NCBI GenBank assembly: GCA_944392155.1
Contig: CALXVR010000006.1
Coordinates: 997 to 64,996 of the forward strand
Reading direction: 5' to 3'
Origin: an uncultured Alphaproteobacteria bacterium
GTDB taxonomy: Bacteria > Pseudomonadota > Alphaproteobacteria > RF32 > CAG-239
Length of the DNA: 64,000 bases
Positions 45,173 to 55,649 of the stretch are shown here, piece after piece. A program made the position numbers and the translations under genes. Under the pieces are notes generated by a model. The model was not told the origin of the DNA. It saw nothing but the letters and a program-made list of their open reading frames with translations, and did no database searches. Within the stretch, counting starts at the first letter, position 1. Every line of letters starts with the position of its first letter.

Positions 45173-46969
45173 ATGAAAAAAACGGCTTTTAAAACTTTTG
45201 TTTGCAGCTTTGTTTTTTCTCTGTTTATTTTATTTACAATAAACGGATTGTTTTTGCATACCCCTGAAATCCCCTCGCAAGATATTAAAATTCCAAGTAA
45301 AAACATATCATTATTTTTTACCGGAGCCGCAGATAATGCGCGTGCCGCACATATTCGTCCGATTAAAAAAATTGCTTTAAGCATTCCGCAAAAGGAGAAA
45401 AAGGCAACAATTGAGACCGTTTATGCGCCGGCTTCGCAGCCAACCCCCTCACCTGCAGCACCGCAAGTTGACACACATCAAAAAGAGCCCATTCAAGACA
45501 ACGTGCCTATTTTTGATGAAATTCCTTTGGAAATTGCTCAGGAAGATGTTTTGCCGCAAAAAACCGAATTGGTTTCTGCGGATTTTGAGCGTATAATGAA
45601 TACACCTCCTTCTGTTTATGAAGCTACGGAAAATTCTTCCCAGAATATCATTCCCCTGACAAAAGCAGATGAAGATGTTTCCGAAGTTAATACTTCTTCC
45701 GTTTCCGAGATTGCTCCGAAGCAGACACCTGCGGCCAAAGAAGATGCTAAAACAGAACATTTGCCGCAGCCGCTTATTGTTGCTTCAACAGAAAATTCCG
45801 AACCCCTGCAGCTCGCTTCTCGCGAAACAACGCTTGAAGCCAAGCAAGATACACCTCAAAACAATACAGAAACTCCAAAACAAAAAGATATTGAACAGCA
45901 ACTGTTAATTCCGCTTCAAAAAGACCATAATATGCCGGACACACCGACTTTTGCAGTAGCAAAAGCAGCCGAACCGAATCAGATTGCCATGGTCAACAAC
46001 AGCGCCCCGCTGAACAGTTTGCTTACTTCTGAAGAAAAAGCCCCGAATAAAGCTGAAACAAATAACAGTTCTCCAAAAGAATGGAAAGAGATGTCTGAAA
46101 TTTCGGGTAGTGATAGCCCATGGGTCGCCGCAAAAGGAACAAAATTTCCTAAAAACAATAAAATATTAGAATCAGAATACTATAAAGACGCGGATAAAGT
46201 CACACTTGAGGCTAAAGGAAATTCCTCTTCTGCCGGCGATGAAGTTAAGGTTGCCGCAGAAATGGTTCAAAATATTTTGATTCCTATACCTGAGGATATT
46301 TTGAAGGAAGACAATTTGGTGCCTCAACTTGAATCTTCTGCTAAAGGCTCCAAAGAAAAAGAGGAAGAAGAAAAAGCAAAGCACGAAAAAATCGCGAAAG
46401 ACGCTTCTTCACCTCAAAAAAACAGCGATAAAGCCGACGAGCAAAAAAACAAAGAAAGCAAAGGAGGGCTCCTTAAAAGCATCACCTCTCTGTTTTCAAG
46501 CACAACTTCTCAGTCGGAAAACTCTGATGACAAGGAAGAGCAAGCGTCTGTTGAGGAGCACAGCAACAGCTTTGTTGATAGAATAACAGGAAGGATAAGA
46601 AAATCCAGCAACAAGCCGACAAAAATTTTGCCGGCAGAGATGCGTTTAGCATTTCAGCCAAACAGAGCCGAAATATCCGGCACAACCTTGAAGTGGATTC
46701 ACGCCTTTGCCAATAAAGTCAACTCGGACCGTTCCGTTATCTTAGAAATACGAATTGACGGTACAAGTTCTTATGCCTTGCAGCAAAAAAGATTAAATTT
46801 GTTACATAATATATTAACCAATAAGGGTGTAGATTATCGTAAAATCAACACGGTATTTACAACCAGAGAACCAAACTCGTTTATTATAAGGACAGTACGG
46901 ATTAACAGTAATATAGACAGGAACCCAAAAGAAAATAGCGATCAAGCCGCCTATTATCAGGCATGGTAA
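45173..46969 (+). CDS. membrane-anchored periplasmic protein with a long disordered linker and C-terminal OmpA-like domain
   Basis: N-terminal TM; C-terminal LAFQPNRAEIS...LQQKRLNLLHNILTNKGV resembling OmpA_C. Confidence 0.6.
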   Translation: MKKTAFKTFVCSFVFSLFILFTINGLFLHTPEIPSQDIKIPSKNISLFFTGAADNARAAHIRPIKKIALSIPQKEKKATIETVYAPASQPTPSPAAPQVDTHQKEPIQDNVPIFDEIPLEIAQEDVLPQKTELVSADFERIMNTPPSVYEATENSSQNIIPLTKADEDVSEVNTSSVSEIAPKQTPAAKEDAKTEHLPQPLIVASTENSEPLQLASRETTLEAKQDTPQNNTETPKQKDIEQQLLIPLQKDHNMPDTPTFAVAKAAEPNQIAMVNNSAPLNSLLTSEEKAPNKAETNNSSPKEWKEMSEISGSDSPWVAAKGTKFPKNNKILESEYYKDADKVTLEAKGNSSSAGDEVKVAAEMVQNILIPIPEDILKEDNLVPQLESSAKGSKEKEEEEKAKHEKIAKDASSPQKNSDKADEQKNKESKGGLLKSITSLFSSTTSQSENSDDKEEQASVEEHSNSFVDRITGRIRKSSNKPTKILPAEMRLAFQPNRAEISGTTLKWIHAFANKVNSDRSVILEIRIDGTSSYALQQKRLNLLHNILTNKGVDYRKINTVFTTREPNSFIIRTVRINSNIDRNPKENSDQAAYYQAW

Positions 46970-47025
46970 TAAGTTTTGAAGCGCTTGATTATTTATTTTC
47001 CAATATGTATGATAGGTAAAAAAAT

Positions 47026-47718
47026 ATGAAAAAATGTAGTTTAGGAAACCTCGGAATGGACAAGACAAAAATTTTAGCAGCTTGTTTCTTTGGTATATTT
47101 TTTGTTTCCGGATGCCGCGGGACTATTTTGGAGCCTGCTCCGGATAATTTTGTTTGCACAGATCCGAACAGCTGTGCCGGAAATACTTATCAGACATCAG
47201 AATTTCAGAGTATTGACCCCAATGCGAATGGAAATGATTTCGTAAATTATACGGAAGTTGCGGCTGACTATAGAGAATACGGAGAAAGAACCCCCAGAGA
47301 TCAGGATATTACTCAGGCCGCAGCAGGCAATAATCTGTCTGCCTCTATTCCGCCCAGCATCGAAGATGAGGTTGTCGCTTACGAAGAAGAGATAACCGTT
47401 ACGGAAGACAATGGGCAGAATGATGAGGCCGGAATGGCTGCGGGAGAGGATCCTGTCGAAGATTGGCTCGCAGAAGAAGGAAAAACTCTTAAAGCACTGC
47501 TTACGGAGTGGAGCGAAAGAGCCGGTTGGCGCTTAATCTGGAACTCAAACCGTAACTATACATTGACTGCCGGAGCTATGTTCCGCGGACGTTTTGCCGA
47601 CGTCAGCTCTGCTTTAATCAGGGCTTTTGCTCGTGCGCGTCCCGCTCCGATAGCTACATTTTATAAAGGTAACCGCGTCTTAGTTGTTGAGACCATGGAG
47701 GATGAGAATGCGTATTAG
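47026..47718 (+). CDS. lipoprotein with TcpQ domain (PilL/BfpG-type secretin partner)
   Basis: Lipobox FVSGC; WLAEEGKTLKALLTEWSERAGWRLIW...FRGRF. Confidence 0.8.
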   Translation: MKKCSLGNLGMDKTKILAACFFGIFFVSGCRGTILEPAPDNFVCTDPNSCAGNTYQTSEFQSIDPNANGNDFVNYTEVAADYREYGERTPRDQDITQAAAGNNLSASIPPSIEDEVVAYEEEITVTEDNGQNDEAGMAAGEDPVEDWLAEEGKTLKALLTEWSERAGWRLIWNSNRNYTLTAGAMFRGRFADVSSALIRAFARARPAPIATFYKGNRVLVVETMEDENAY

Positions 47719-49318
47719 TAATTTACAAAAGTTCGGATTGGGATTAGTTGCCGTTATTTTTGCGGCATCTTGCTCTCTTTCCACCAGCATGGATGCAACA
47801 ATTGAACGTGAGGTTGAGGCAACAACAGACCTTAAAGAAAAGGCTAAGATCCCCGAGACGCCGGCTCCGATAGATGTTATCCGTGTTAAAAATGATATTT
47901 GGCTCGGTGACACCAGCGAGATTGAGTATGAGGGAGAGCCCGTTCCCAGTTATCTGGAAGCCAAGGACGGTATTACTTTGATTTCAAACAGACCTATTAC
48001 TTTGTATGAAATCGGAGATATGATTAATAAAATCACCTCTCTTAAGGTTCGTTATGCGCCTCAATTGGAAGCTGATGTCTTGAAAAACGGTGCCCAGAAC
48101 AAACCTAACCCGAATACTATCGGCGCGGACTGGACAGAACCTTCCAAAATGTTGGTTTCTTACAGAGGACCCTTGAGCGGTTTGCTTGATGAGGTTTCGT
48201 CTCGTTTTGGAATTTGGTGGAAATATGAGAAGCAAGAAATCTATTTCTATAAGTACCAAACCAGAACCTTTGTTCTTTATAGCTTACCGACCAAACCCAG
48301 TCTTTCGGTTAATGTCGGCGGTTCGTCTACAGATTCAGGCGGCGGCGGAAGCTCCTCTTTGTCTCTCTCCAGCACTGCTGAAATTGAGCTCTGGGGCAAT
48401 ATTGAAAAATCAATCAAATCTATGATTGATAAGGGTGCGTTGTTGACAATGGATCCTGCAAACGGAACGATATCAATTACCGCAACGCCAAATGATATTA
48501 AGAAAGTAGCTAAGTTTATAAATGAGCAAAACGCCAGACTTTCTCGTCAAGTTGCAATCAGTGTTAAAGTTTTGCAAGTTAATATTGACGATAGCGATCA
48601 ATATGGTTTGAACTTGAGCGCTGCATTCAATGATGGAAAAACCGAACTCGGTTTAACCAGTGTTCCCGGATTAGGCAGCGATATTACAGATAACCTTACA
48701 ATGACGGTTTTGCCCGGAAACTGGACGGTTAAAGGCGCTATTCAAGCCTTGTCAAGTCAGGGTACAACAAACCTGATTACGTCAGGTACAGTTACAACGC
48801 TTAACAACAAGCCCGCACCTATTCAGGTTATTAAGAAGCAGAATTATGTTTCTGAAATCACCAAGACGAACAGTGGCGGAGACGCAAGCTATTACGATAT
48901 TTCTACCGAAACGGAAGAAATCGAAACAGGTTTTACGTTGGATGTTTTACCCAGAATTTTGGAACATGGTCGTTTGATGTTGATGTTTAACTTAACATTA
49001 TCCGACTTGATCCAGATGGAAAGAGTTGATTTGGGCGGCGGAGATGAAAACGGACAAGGTGGTCAGTATATTCAAAACCCAATTATTGAATCTCGCGGCT
49101 TTACGCAAGAAGTTGCTTTGAAATCAGGCGAGACTTTGGTGCTGACAGGTTATGAACGTGTTGAAAACGAAGCAACAAAGACAGGTGTCGGTTCTGCAAC
49201 GAACTCCTTGTTCGGAGGAACGGCCGTAGCTACCAAAACAAGAAGTATTTTGGTTATTATGTTAACTCCTGTTGTTTTGGAATCGCCATTGACCCCCGAA
49301 TCCAGAATGAGCAATTAA
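47708..49318 (+). CDS. pilN: type IVb pilus secretin lipoprotein (PilN/BfpB family)
   Basis: Lipobox FAASC; YRGPLSGLLDEVSSRFG, RQVAISVKVLQV, TTLNNKPAPIQ, ILVIMLTP. Confidence 0.88.
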   Translation: MRISNLQKFGLGLVAVIFAASCSLSTSMDATIEREVEATTDLKEKAKIPETPAPIDVIRVKNDIWLGDTSEIEYEGEPVPSYLEAKDGITLISNRPITLYEIGDMINKITSLKVRYAPQLEADVLKNGAQNKPNPNTIGADWTEPSKMLVSYRGPLSGLLDEVSSRFGIWWKYEKQEIYFYKYQTRTFVLYSLPTKPSLSVNVGGSSTDSGGGGSSSLSLSSTAEIELWGNIEKSIKSMIDKGALLTMDPANGTISITATPNDIKKVAKFINEQNARLSRQVAISVKVLQVNIDDSDQYGLNLSAAFNDGKTELGLTSVPGLGSDITDNLTMTVLPGNWTVKGAIQALSSQGTTNLITSGTVTTLNNKPAPIQVIKKQNYVSEITKTNSGGDASYYDISTETEEIETGFTLDVLPRILEHGRLMLMFNLTLSDLIQMERVDLGGGDENGQGGQYIQNPIIESRGFTQEVALKSGETLVLTGYERVENEATKTGVGSATNSLFGGTAVATKTRSILVIMLTPVVLESPLTPESRMSN

Positions 49319-49337
49319 CCTCGGAAGGATAAAAACA

Positions 49338-50609
49338 GTGCTGGAAGATGCAAAGTTATTGGATGATGATTACGACGACGGTAGGCGTACTTGGGGTACG
49401 AGTATCGAATTAGACGGCGTAACTTATGCAACCAGCTTGTTCTGGCAGCCTTTACAGAACAAAGATGATCCTTTTACTGAAGTAGGAGAGGCATCTGAAG
49501 GCGTAATGGAAGGTGCGGATCTTTTCTGCATTAAGCAGGGAAAGGCTCCACAATTTGGTATTTGCGCCTCTAAAGAAGGTTACAAAAGCGGAGAAAATGT
49601 CGCCGCCGTTACATTAGCAACGGCAATGGCCGACAGATCCTCTTTTGTTGCTGTTTTTAAAGTGGATAACGGCTGGTGGTATACTTGTATCCGTAACGAC
49701 ATTATTTTGTCAGACGGTGATATGCTCTTTTTAAATGAGCAAGAAGCCAAAAACCAATTTTTATCAATGTTGGCAGTTCCGGATTGGGGACGTAAAATAG
49801 CACCGCCGGAATGGGGCATTGAAGAAACAGAATATCCGGATTTGCATAAACTTATGTCGCAAGGCATGCGCGCTAAACTGCAAAAGATTAAAGCGTTACG
49901 CGGCACAAAGTTAATGCTGGTTATTGCAATATCTGCCATTGTCGGATTGTGGTTGCTTTCCAGCATTATTAACGGAATATTTTTGGCTCCGCCTAAACGT
50001 CCGATTATAGCACCTGTTGCGCCGAAAGTCGTAAAACCGGTGGAGAAAATTCCTGAAGTTAAGCCTTGGGAAAAGCTTTCAGATCCGGAACAAGTGATGA
50101 CTTATTGTTATAAAGCAATACAGGATGTTGTTACAATTATGCCGCCAGGATGGGTTATCGGCAACATTTCGTGTTCTTCCGGTGGTCTGACAACTTCTTG
50201 GAGCCGACAGGTCGGTCGAATTTCTTGGATTGAAAAGGCATTAGACATGTCCGGAATAACATTTTCCGGAAGGTCGATTTCTGATGACGGTAATAATTTG
50301 ATTGTATCTGTTCCTTTGCCCAAAATCAGACAAATCTCGTCTCCGCCGCTAAAAAACGACATAGACATGAAGAATACGCTTAATAACTTATTCCAATCTA
50401 TCGGACAAAGCGTTTCTTTAGCAAGTTTTGCTTATACCTCACCGGAGCAAAATGTGTACAGATCCGTTCAATTTAAATTTACATCGATACATAATCCTTC
50501 TGTATGGAATGATTTATTAATAAAATTTTCAGGACTTGATATTACTATGATTAGATACAATACCAGTGCTAAAACTTGGGAATATGAGGGAGCAATCTAT
50601 GTTTTGTAA
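49338..50609 (+). CDS. pilO: type IVb pilus accessory protein PilO/BfpC
   Basis: SLFWQPL, IILSDGD, central TM, KPW motif and Cys pair; follows pilN. Confidence 0.8.
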   Translation: MLEDAKLLDDDYDDGRRTWGTSIELDGVTYATSLFWQPLQNKDDPFTEVGEASEGVMEGADLFCIKQGKAPQFGICASKEGYKSGENVAAVTLATAMADRSSFVAVFKVDNGWWYTCIRNDIILSDGDMLFLNEQEAKNQFLSMLAVPDWGRKIAPPEWGIEETEYPDLHKLMSQGMRAKLQKIKALRGTKLMLVIAISAIVGLWLLSSIINGIFLAPPKRPIIAPVAPKVVKPVEKIPEVKPWEKLSDPEQVMTYCYKAIQDVVTIMPPGWVIGNISCSSGGLTTSWSRQVGRISWIEKALDMSGITFSGRSISDDGNNLIVSVPLPKIRQISSPPLKNDIDMKNTLNNLFQSIGQSVSLASFAYTSPEQNVYRSVQFKFTSIHNPSVWNDLLIKFSGLDITMIRYNTSAKTWEYEGAIYVL

Positions 50610-52188
50610 TTTGAAAAAGCTTTTAGGTTTGACTTTGTGCTTTTCTGTTATCGCTATAATGCCGGTTCAGAACTTGCAAGCGCAAAACGTTACTTTAGAA
50701 CCTGACAATATGCCACAGCTCTCTAATGATGAACAAGGGGCCAGTTTTCTTGGCGTTGAAGGGAGTATTCCTGATGAGCTCTCTTTGCCTAATGAGCTCC
50801 CTGCGCCTATGCCATTGTCTACCAACAATGAAGCTCCTGCTGATAATGCCGGCGCCAATGCACTTCCTGAAAATAATCCGGCAGCATTGGATTTAGATAC
50901 TCCGATGCCGGTACAAGATAGTTTGCCGGAACGTGCTACTATTGAGATTTTGCAAGAGCCGACTGATGCGGATGCACCCTTGGCCGGTCCGAATGCGAAC
51001 ATGCCGTTGACAGGTCCGAACGCAAATGCTCCGACATCAGGTCCTAACGCAAATATGCCTTTAACGGGTCCGAATGCCAATATGCCGTTAACCGGTCCGA
51101 ATGCTAATATGCCTTTGACCGGACCTAATGCTCTTGCCGGCGATGCTGCTGCTTTGCCTGAAACAACAGTGAAGCTGAATACACCTGACGTTGAAAATCT
51201 GGGTGAAGGCTTATTGGAAAAAATCGACAATAAGTTATTTGCTCAAATGTCTGATTTGGAAAAACAAACCGCTTTATTAACTTTGGAGTTGCGTCGCGAA
51301 AAAATTAAAAACGAGATTGCCGCAATTAAAGCTCAAAGACAGAAAGCCATTGAAGAAGAAGAAGCTAAAAAAGAAGAAAAAGAGCGGAAAAGAATAGAAT
51401 GGGAAAAAGAACAAGAAGCAAAACTCTTACGCGAAAGAGCTGCTGTTATTGAAGCAAAGACAAAGCTTGAGAAGCTCAGACAGGAAAAAGTTCTTAAAGC
51501 CTACAAAGAATCCATGCTCAAAGAAAAACAAGAATGGATTAAAAATAATGCTAAACTCTATGAGCAGATTAAAAGTGTTGAGCGCGATAGAAGAATCTTG
51601 ATAGATGGTATGAAAAACAAGATGACGCACATTGCTTCGCTTGCATCTAAAGCTCAGAAAGATGCCGTTACAGCAAAAGAAAACTACCAGAGAGAAGTTA
51701 AGAATCTGCAGACACAAATCTCTATTCTGAAGTCTCGTTTGGAAGCGGTTATTGCTGAACAGAAAGCAGAGAAAAATAATCCTTTCGCTCAAGCAGAGGT
51801 TACTGTTGCCGAAGCAGAGGAAGAGTTGCCTAAGCTTGTTGAAGAATACGCCATTATGGAAGTTCGTGGACAAGGCGATGAGTTAACTGCAAAGTTAATA
51901 AATAAGAACGGCGACACATTTATGGTTCGTGAAGGCACCGTACTTCAGACCGGACATCGTATTGATGAAATCACCAAGACACATGTTCGGGCTGATATTA
52001 ACGGAATGAAGGATTATCTTTACTTTGCAGCCGGCGGTATTTTAGATAAAGAACCTGTTCAGTCTAATATCACAGGAAAGAAGAAATCATCGACGACGTC
52101 TAATAGGTCTTCATCTTCTAATTTGAAAAATACGACTATGGTTAACAAAGGCGTACCTAGTTTGGGAAACAGCATGTTTGTTAGATAG
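50599..52188 (+). CDS. pilP: extended type IVb PilP-like protein
   Basis: Signal peptide, QTALLTLELRREKIK coiled coil, C-terminal IMEVRG...AKL...VREGTVL; position between pilO and pilQ. Confidence 0.6.
   Translation: MFCNLKKLLGLTLCFSVIAIMPVQNLQAQNVTLEPDNMPQLSNDEQGASFLGVEGSIPDELSLPNELPAPMPLSTNNEAPADNAGANALPENNPAALDLDTPMPVQDSLPERATIEILQEPTDADAPLAGPNANMPLTGPNANAPTSGPNANMPLTGPNANMPLTGPNANMPLTGPNALAGDAAALPETTVKLNTPDVENLGEGLLEKIDNKLFAQMSDLEKQTALLTLELRREKIKNEIAAIKAQRQKAIEEEEAKKEEKERKRIEWEKEQEAKLLRERAAVIEAKTKLEKLRQEKVLKAYKESMLKEKQEWIKNNAKLYEQIKSVERDRRILIDGMKNKMTHIASLASKAQKDAVTAKENYQREVKNLQTQISILKSRLEAVIAEQKAEKNNPFAQAEVTVAEAEEELPKLVEEYAIMEVRGQGDELTAKLINKNGDTFMVREGTVLQTGHRIDEITKTHVRADINGMKDYLYFAAGGILDKEPVQSNITGKKKSSTTSNRSSSSNLKNTTMVNKGVPSLGNSMFVR
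50977..51138 (+). repeat. coding tandem repeat, 27 nt (PLTGPNANM) x6
   Basis: Six imperfect 9-aa units, diverged at synonymous positions. Confidence 0.9.
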
Positions 52189-52196
52189 GCGATATC

Positions 52197-53867
52197 ATGG
52201 TTGATGAGCCCCAAAATGAAGAAAATACGACCGAGCTGTCTGATGCACCTGTCCTTCAGAGGAACACGAATCTTGCTGTAGATGATGCCATTGATGAAAA
52301 GCCGGTTAGTATACTTGATCAGCTTTTTGGAAACGGTAACAGACTTTTGACTTTACCGGGGACGTCATTAGTTATCAACGACGATACCCGGCGCTTGTTG
52401 GCTTTGTTTTCAGACGGAACTTTTCTGGTTTCTGAATCTCATAAGTTTGACGGACGCGTTTTAAGCTTTGAAGTATTGGCGCGCAAAAAGAAGCTTAGTA
52501 TTGGTAAGCCCCGGTATGTTTCTCAAAACGAATTAAATGCAATTTACGCGTTCGGAGAACGAAATCAGCCTATTTCAGCGAATGATGAAGACCTTAATCA
52601 GCTGCAGATGCAGAAGGACTTCGTGAACGTTGTTGCGCGAGCGGCTTCTCAAAAGGTGTCTGATATTCATATTGTGGTTTCAGATAGTACGCAAATTATG
52701 TTTCGCGTAAATGGTATGATGCAAACCGAAATGGAATACAACAAGGAGTGGGGAGAATCCTTTGTACGTGCTGCATTTGCTTCCGCAGATATTTCTGATG
52801 CGAACTATGCTCAAAATGAATTTCAAGGCGCACAAAAGTTAGGTTCCACACCTTTGCGTGGTTCAAAAGGTAAGTTAATGTTACCGCACAACGTGCTAGC
52901 TATTCGTTTGCAATTTAACCCTATTGCTTTCGGTACGCAATATCTTGTTATGCGTTTATTGTATGCGGATGATAATCCAGATGGTTCCGGAGATTTGGCC
53001 GCTTTAGGTTTCGGTGAGTATGAGGAAAACCTGTTCTACCGTCTTAGAGCTGTGCCTATCGGTCTGAATATTATTGCGGGTCCGACAGGTTCAGGAAAAA
53101 GTACGACCTTGCAACGCAACATGATTAAGCTTTTGCAAGAAAAAAATTATGAAATTAACTTGATTACGGTGGAAGATCCGCCTGAGTACCCTATTCCCGG
53201 CGCAAGACAGATGCCGGTTACAAACGCTAATGACGAAGAAGAAAAAGACGAACAGTTTAATAAAGCATTATCTGCGGCGCTTCGTTCCGACCCAGACGTT
53301 ATCATGGTGGGTGAGATTCGTGCTTTGGCGGCGGCAGAGCTGACTTTTAAGGGCGCACTTTCCGGACACGGCGTGTGGTCGACGTTGCACGCGAACTCTG
53401 CACCGGCAATTATTACACGTTTCAGAGATATGGGGGTTCAGCCTTATATGTTGGCGGACCCTGAACTTATGAAAGGTTTGATTTCTCAACGTTTGTTCAG
53501 AAAGCTTTGTCCTCATTGTCGTGTTTCCGTTAAAGAGCGTCTGAATATGCCTCAAGTGCAACGGCTTAAGGTTGCTTTAGGCGACTTTGGAATTGAAAAC
53601 ACGTATATGCGTGGTCCGGGGTGCAAATTCTGCGACGGTAGAGGGATTAAAGGACGTATGTGCGTACCGGAGATTATTTTACCTGATGCGATGTTCCTTG
53701 AACTTATGATTAATGGTGAAACAAGAAAAGCCATTGATTATTGGACCAGTGATTTGAACGGGCGTCCGTTAAAAGATGCCGCGACCGAGCGTATGCTTAA
53801 AGGATATATTGATTTAGACGAAGTTGAGCGTTGGTGCGGCTTGCTTGACCAACGACCGGTTTACTAA
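52197..53867 (+). CDS. pilQ: type IVb pilus assembly ATPase (PilQ/BfpD, GspE/PilB family)
   Basis: VSDIHI, GPTGSGKSTT, TVEDPPEY, LRSDPDVIMVGEIR, TLHANS, CPHC...CKFC. Confidence 0.92.
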   Translation: MVDEPQNEENTTELSDAPVLQRNTNLAVDDAIDEKPVSILDQLFGNGNRLLTLPGTSLVINDDTRRLLALFSDGTFLVSESHKFDGRVLSFEVLARKKKLSIGKPRYVSQNELNAIYAFGERNQPISANDEDLNQLQMQKDFVNVVARAASQKVSDIHIVVSDSTQIMFRVNGMMQTEMEYNKEWGESFVRAAFASADISDANYAQNEFQGAQKLGSTPLRGSKGKLMLPHNVLAIRLQFNPIAFGTQYLVMRLLYADDNPDGSGDLAALGFGEYEENLFYRLRAVPIGLNIIAGPTGSGKSTTLQRNMIKLLQEKNYEINLITVEDPPEYPIPGARQMPVTNANDEEEKDEQFNKALSAALRSDPDVIMVGEIRALAAAELTFKGALSGHGVWSTLHANSAPAIITRFRDMGVQPYMLADPELMKGLISQRLFRKLCPHCRVSVKERLNMPQVQRLKVALGDFGIENTYMRGPGCKFCDGRGIKGRMCVPEIILPDAMFLELMINGETRKAIDYWTSDLNGRPLKDAATERMLKGYIDLDEVERWCGLLDQRPVY

Positions 53868-53878
53868 GGAGTAAAATT

Positions 53879-55012
53879 ATGGCTCAGGAAGAAAGACGGA
53901 GCAAATCGGGTTCTATGGCTAAAGCCATGAAGCAGTTGAACGCCATTGAAGTCTATTATGCCCGTATGATATGTAATTTTTCAAACCAAACTCGTTTGAA
54001 AATATATCGTAAAATTGCCTCGCTGATGAGAAACCGTTTCTCCTTAATGAATGCTTTGGACATGTTACATGATGGCGCCTCTAATGGCGGTAAGAATCCT
54101 GATGAGCCTATGGCTATCGCTATTGCAAGTTGGGCAAAGGCATTGCAAAACGGTTTACCATTTTCTGATGCTCTTAAAGGTTGGGCTCCTGACCGCGAAA
54201 GATTGATGCTTTCCGTTGGTGACGTTTCTGACTTGGAAGGCGCCTTGATGAACCTAATTCGTGTTACGGAAGGTTCTACCAAGATGATTCGACCAATTAT
54301 CGGAGCTATCGCTTATCCGTCATTTTTGTTTATGATGGCTATTTTGATTATTTATGGTATTGGTGTTTACATGGTGCCGCCAATGATTGATGCCGCGCCG
54401 ACGGTTCGGTGGCGGGGTATGGCTCTGACCTTGGTTAACCTTTCTGATTGGATTAGTAACTATTGGGCTGTTGCTTTTGCGTCTTTGCCGGCTGTTATGG
54501 CTTTGATTTATTTTACGATTGGTATTTGGACCGGCAAAATCAGAGCTATTGTGGATCACATGCCGCCATGGTCTTTGTATAAAGTTTTTACGGGTATTAG
54601 CTGGCTTTTGGCATTATCTGCTTTGGTAAAAGGCGGTACTCCGGTTTCTACCGCGTTGCGTGCTTTACGCAGAGATTCCAGCAGCTATTTGAAAGAGCGT
54701 ATTGATAAAACCCTAGTCTTTATCAACAACGGTGATAACTTAGGTCAGGCTTTAAGCAAAACAGGTCTTGACTTTCCTGATAAGGAAATCATTAGCGACT
54801 TAAAAATTTATTCGGAATTGGATAATTTCGAGGAGGCTCTGGAGGCTCTGGCTAATGATTGGCTTGAAGAATCCGTTTATCTGATTGAGCAAAAAGCATC
54901 TATCTTAAACATGGTTGCTTTGCTTTCAGTCGGCGGTGTTATCGCTTGGGCTGTTATGGGTGTGTTCCAAATGCAAGACCAGATTACAAGTTCTATGGGT
55001 ATCGGAGGATAA
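53879..55012 (+). CDS. pilR: type IVb pilus inner-membrane platform (PilR/BfpE, GspF family)
   Basis: GLPFSDAL, IAYP motif, three TMs, GDNLGQAL...FPD. Confidence 0.88.
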   Translation: MAQEERRSKSGSMAKAMKQLNAIEVYYARMICNFSNQTRLKIYRKIASLMRNRFSLMNALDMLHDGASNGGKNPDEPMAIAIASWAKALQNGLPFSDALKGWAPDRERLMLSVGDVSDLEGALMNLIRVTEGSTKMIRPIIGAIAYPSFLFMMAILIIYGIGVYMVPPMIDAAPTVRWRGMALTLVNLSDWISNYWAVAFASLPAVMALIYFTIGIWTGKIRAIVDHMPPWSLYKVFTGISWLLALSALVKGGTPVSTALRALRRDSSSYLKERIDKTLVFINNGDNLGQALSKTGLDFPDKEIISDLKIYSELDNFEEALEALANDWLEESVYLIEQKASILNMVALLSVGGVIAWAVMGVFQMQDQITSSMGIGG

Positions 55013-55019
55013 AAGCAAA

Positions 55020-55580
55020 ATGATCAAATTATTAAAGATAAGAGATTTTATTTTGCATTATCGCAAAACTTTTTTCCTTGGCTTGTTATTGGTTATTGTT
55101 TGCGTATATTGTTTTATGGTTAAATCAAGCAAACAAGTTGTCCTTGCTCAAAATGATATGATTGTTCTAGCTGAGAATATTCGGAAGCATTACAAAAAAA
55201 GACCCGATTATTGGGGGCTTTCAACACAAAGCGCCTTAGATGGCAATATTGTTCCGAAAACAATGGTTAACGGAGATAAAATTGTATCACCAATTGCAAA
55301 AGAAGTATTTATCGGCGGAGATGATGTCGGTAGCATGATTATGCCCGGAACCAGAAGTTTCTATATCGTTTATAAAGATGTCTCAAAAAAAGACTGTATA
55401 GATATGGTAACTTACCAAATGAGTGAACAAAATAAGCTGGGGCTGCTTTCTATAGACATTAAAAATAAAAACAACGAATTTACATTCCAGTGGGGCGGGA
55501 AATATTCTTTGCCTATAGATAAAAAAACAGCAACAACCGCTTGCCAAGCCAAGAATACGATTTTATGGAATTTTGAATAA
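55020..55580 (+). CDS. PilS-like pilin domain protein lacking a class III prepilin leader
   Basis: LAENIRKHY...YWGL, FYIVYKDVSKKDC and C-terminal C...ILWNFE match the adjacent pilins; no G|xxxxE motif. Confidence 0.65.
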   Translation: MIKLLKIRDFILHYRKTFFLGLLLVIVCVYCFMVKSSKQVVLAQNDMIVLAENIRKHYKKRPDYWGLSTQSALDGNIVPKTMVNGDKIVSPIAKEVFIGGDDVGSMIMPGTRSFYIVYKDVSKKDCIDMVTYQMSEQNKLGLLSIDIKNKNNEFTFQWGGKYSLPIDKKTATTACQAKNTILWNFE

Positions 55581-55649
55581 ATTTGTAATTTATTAACTAA
55601 TCCGTGTTAGGTTGTATGTAAAAGAATTTTAAATATCAAGGAAAGTCTG

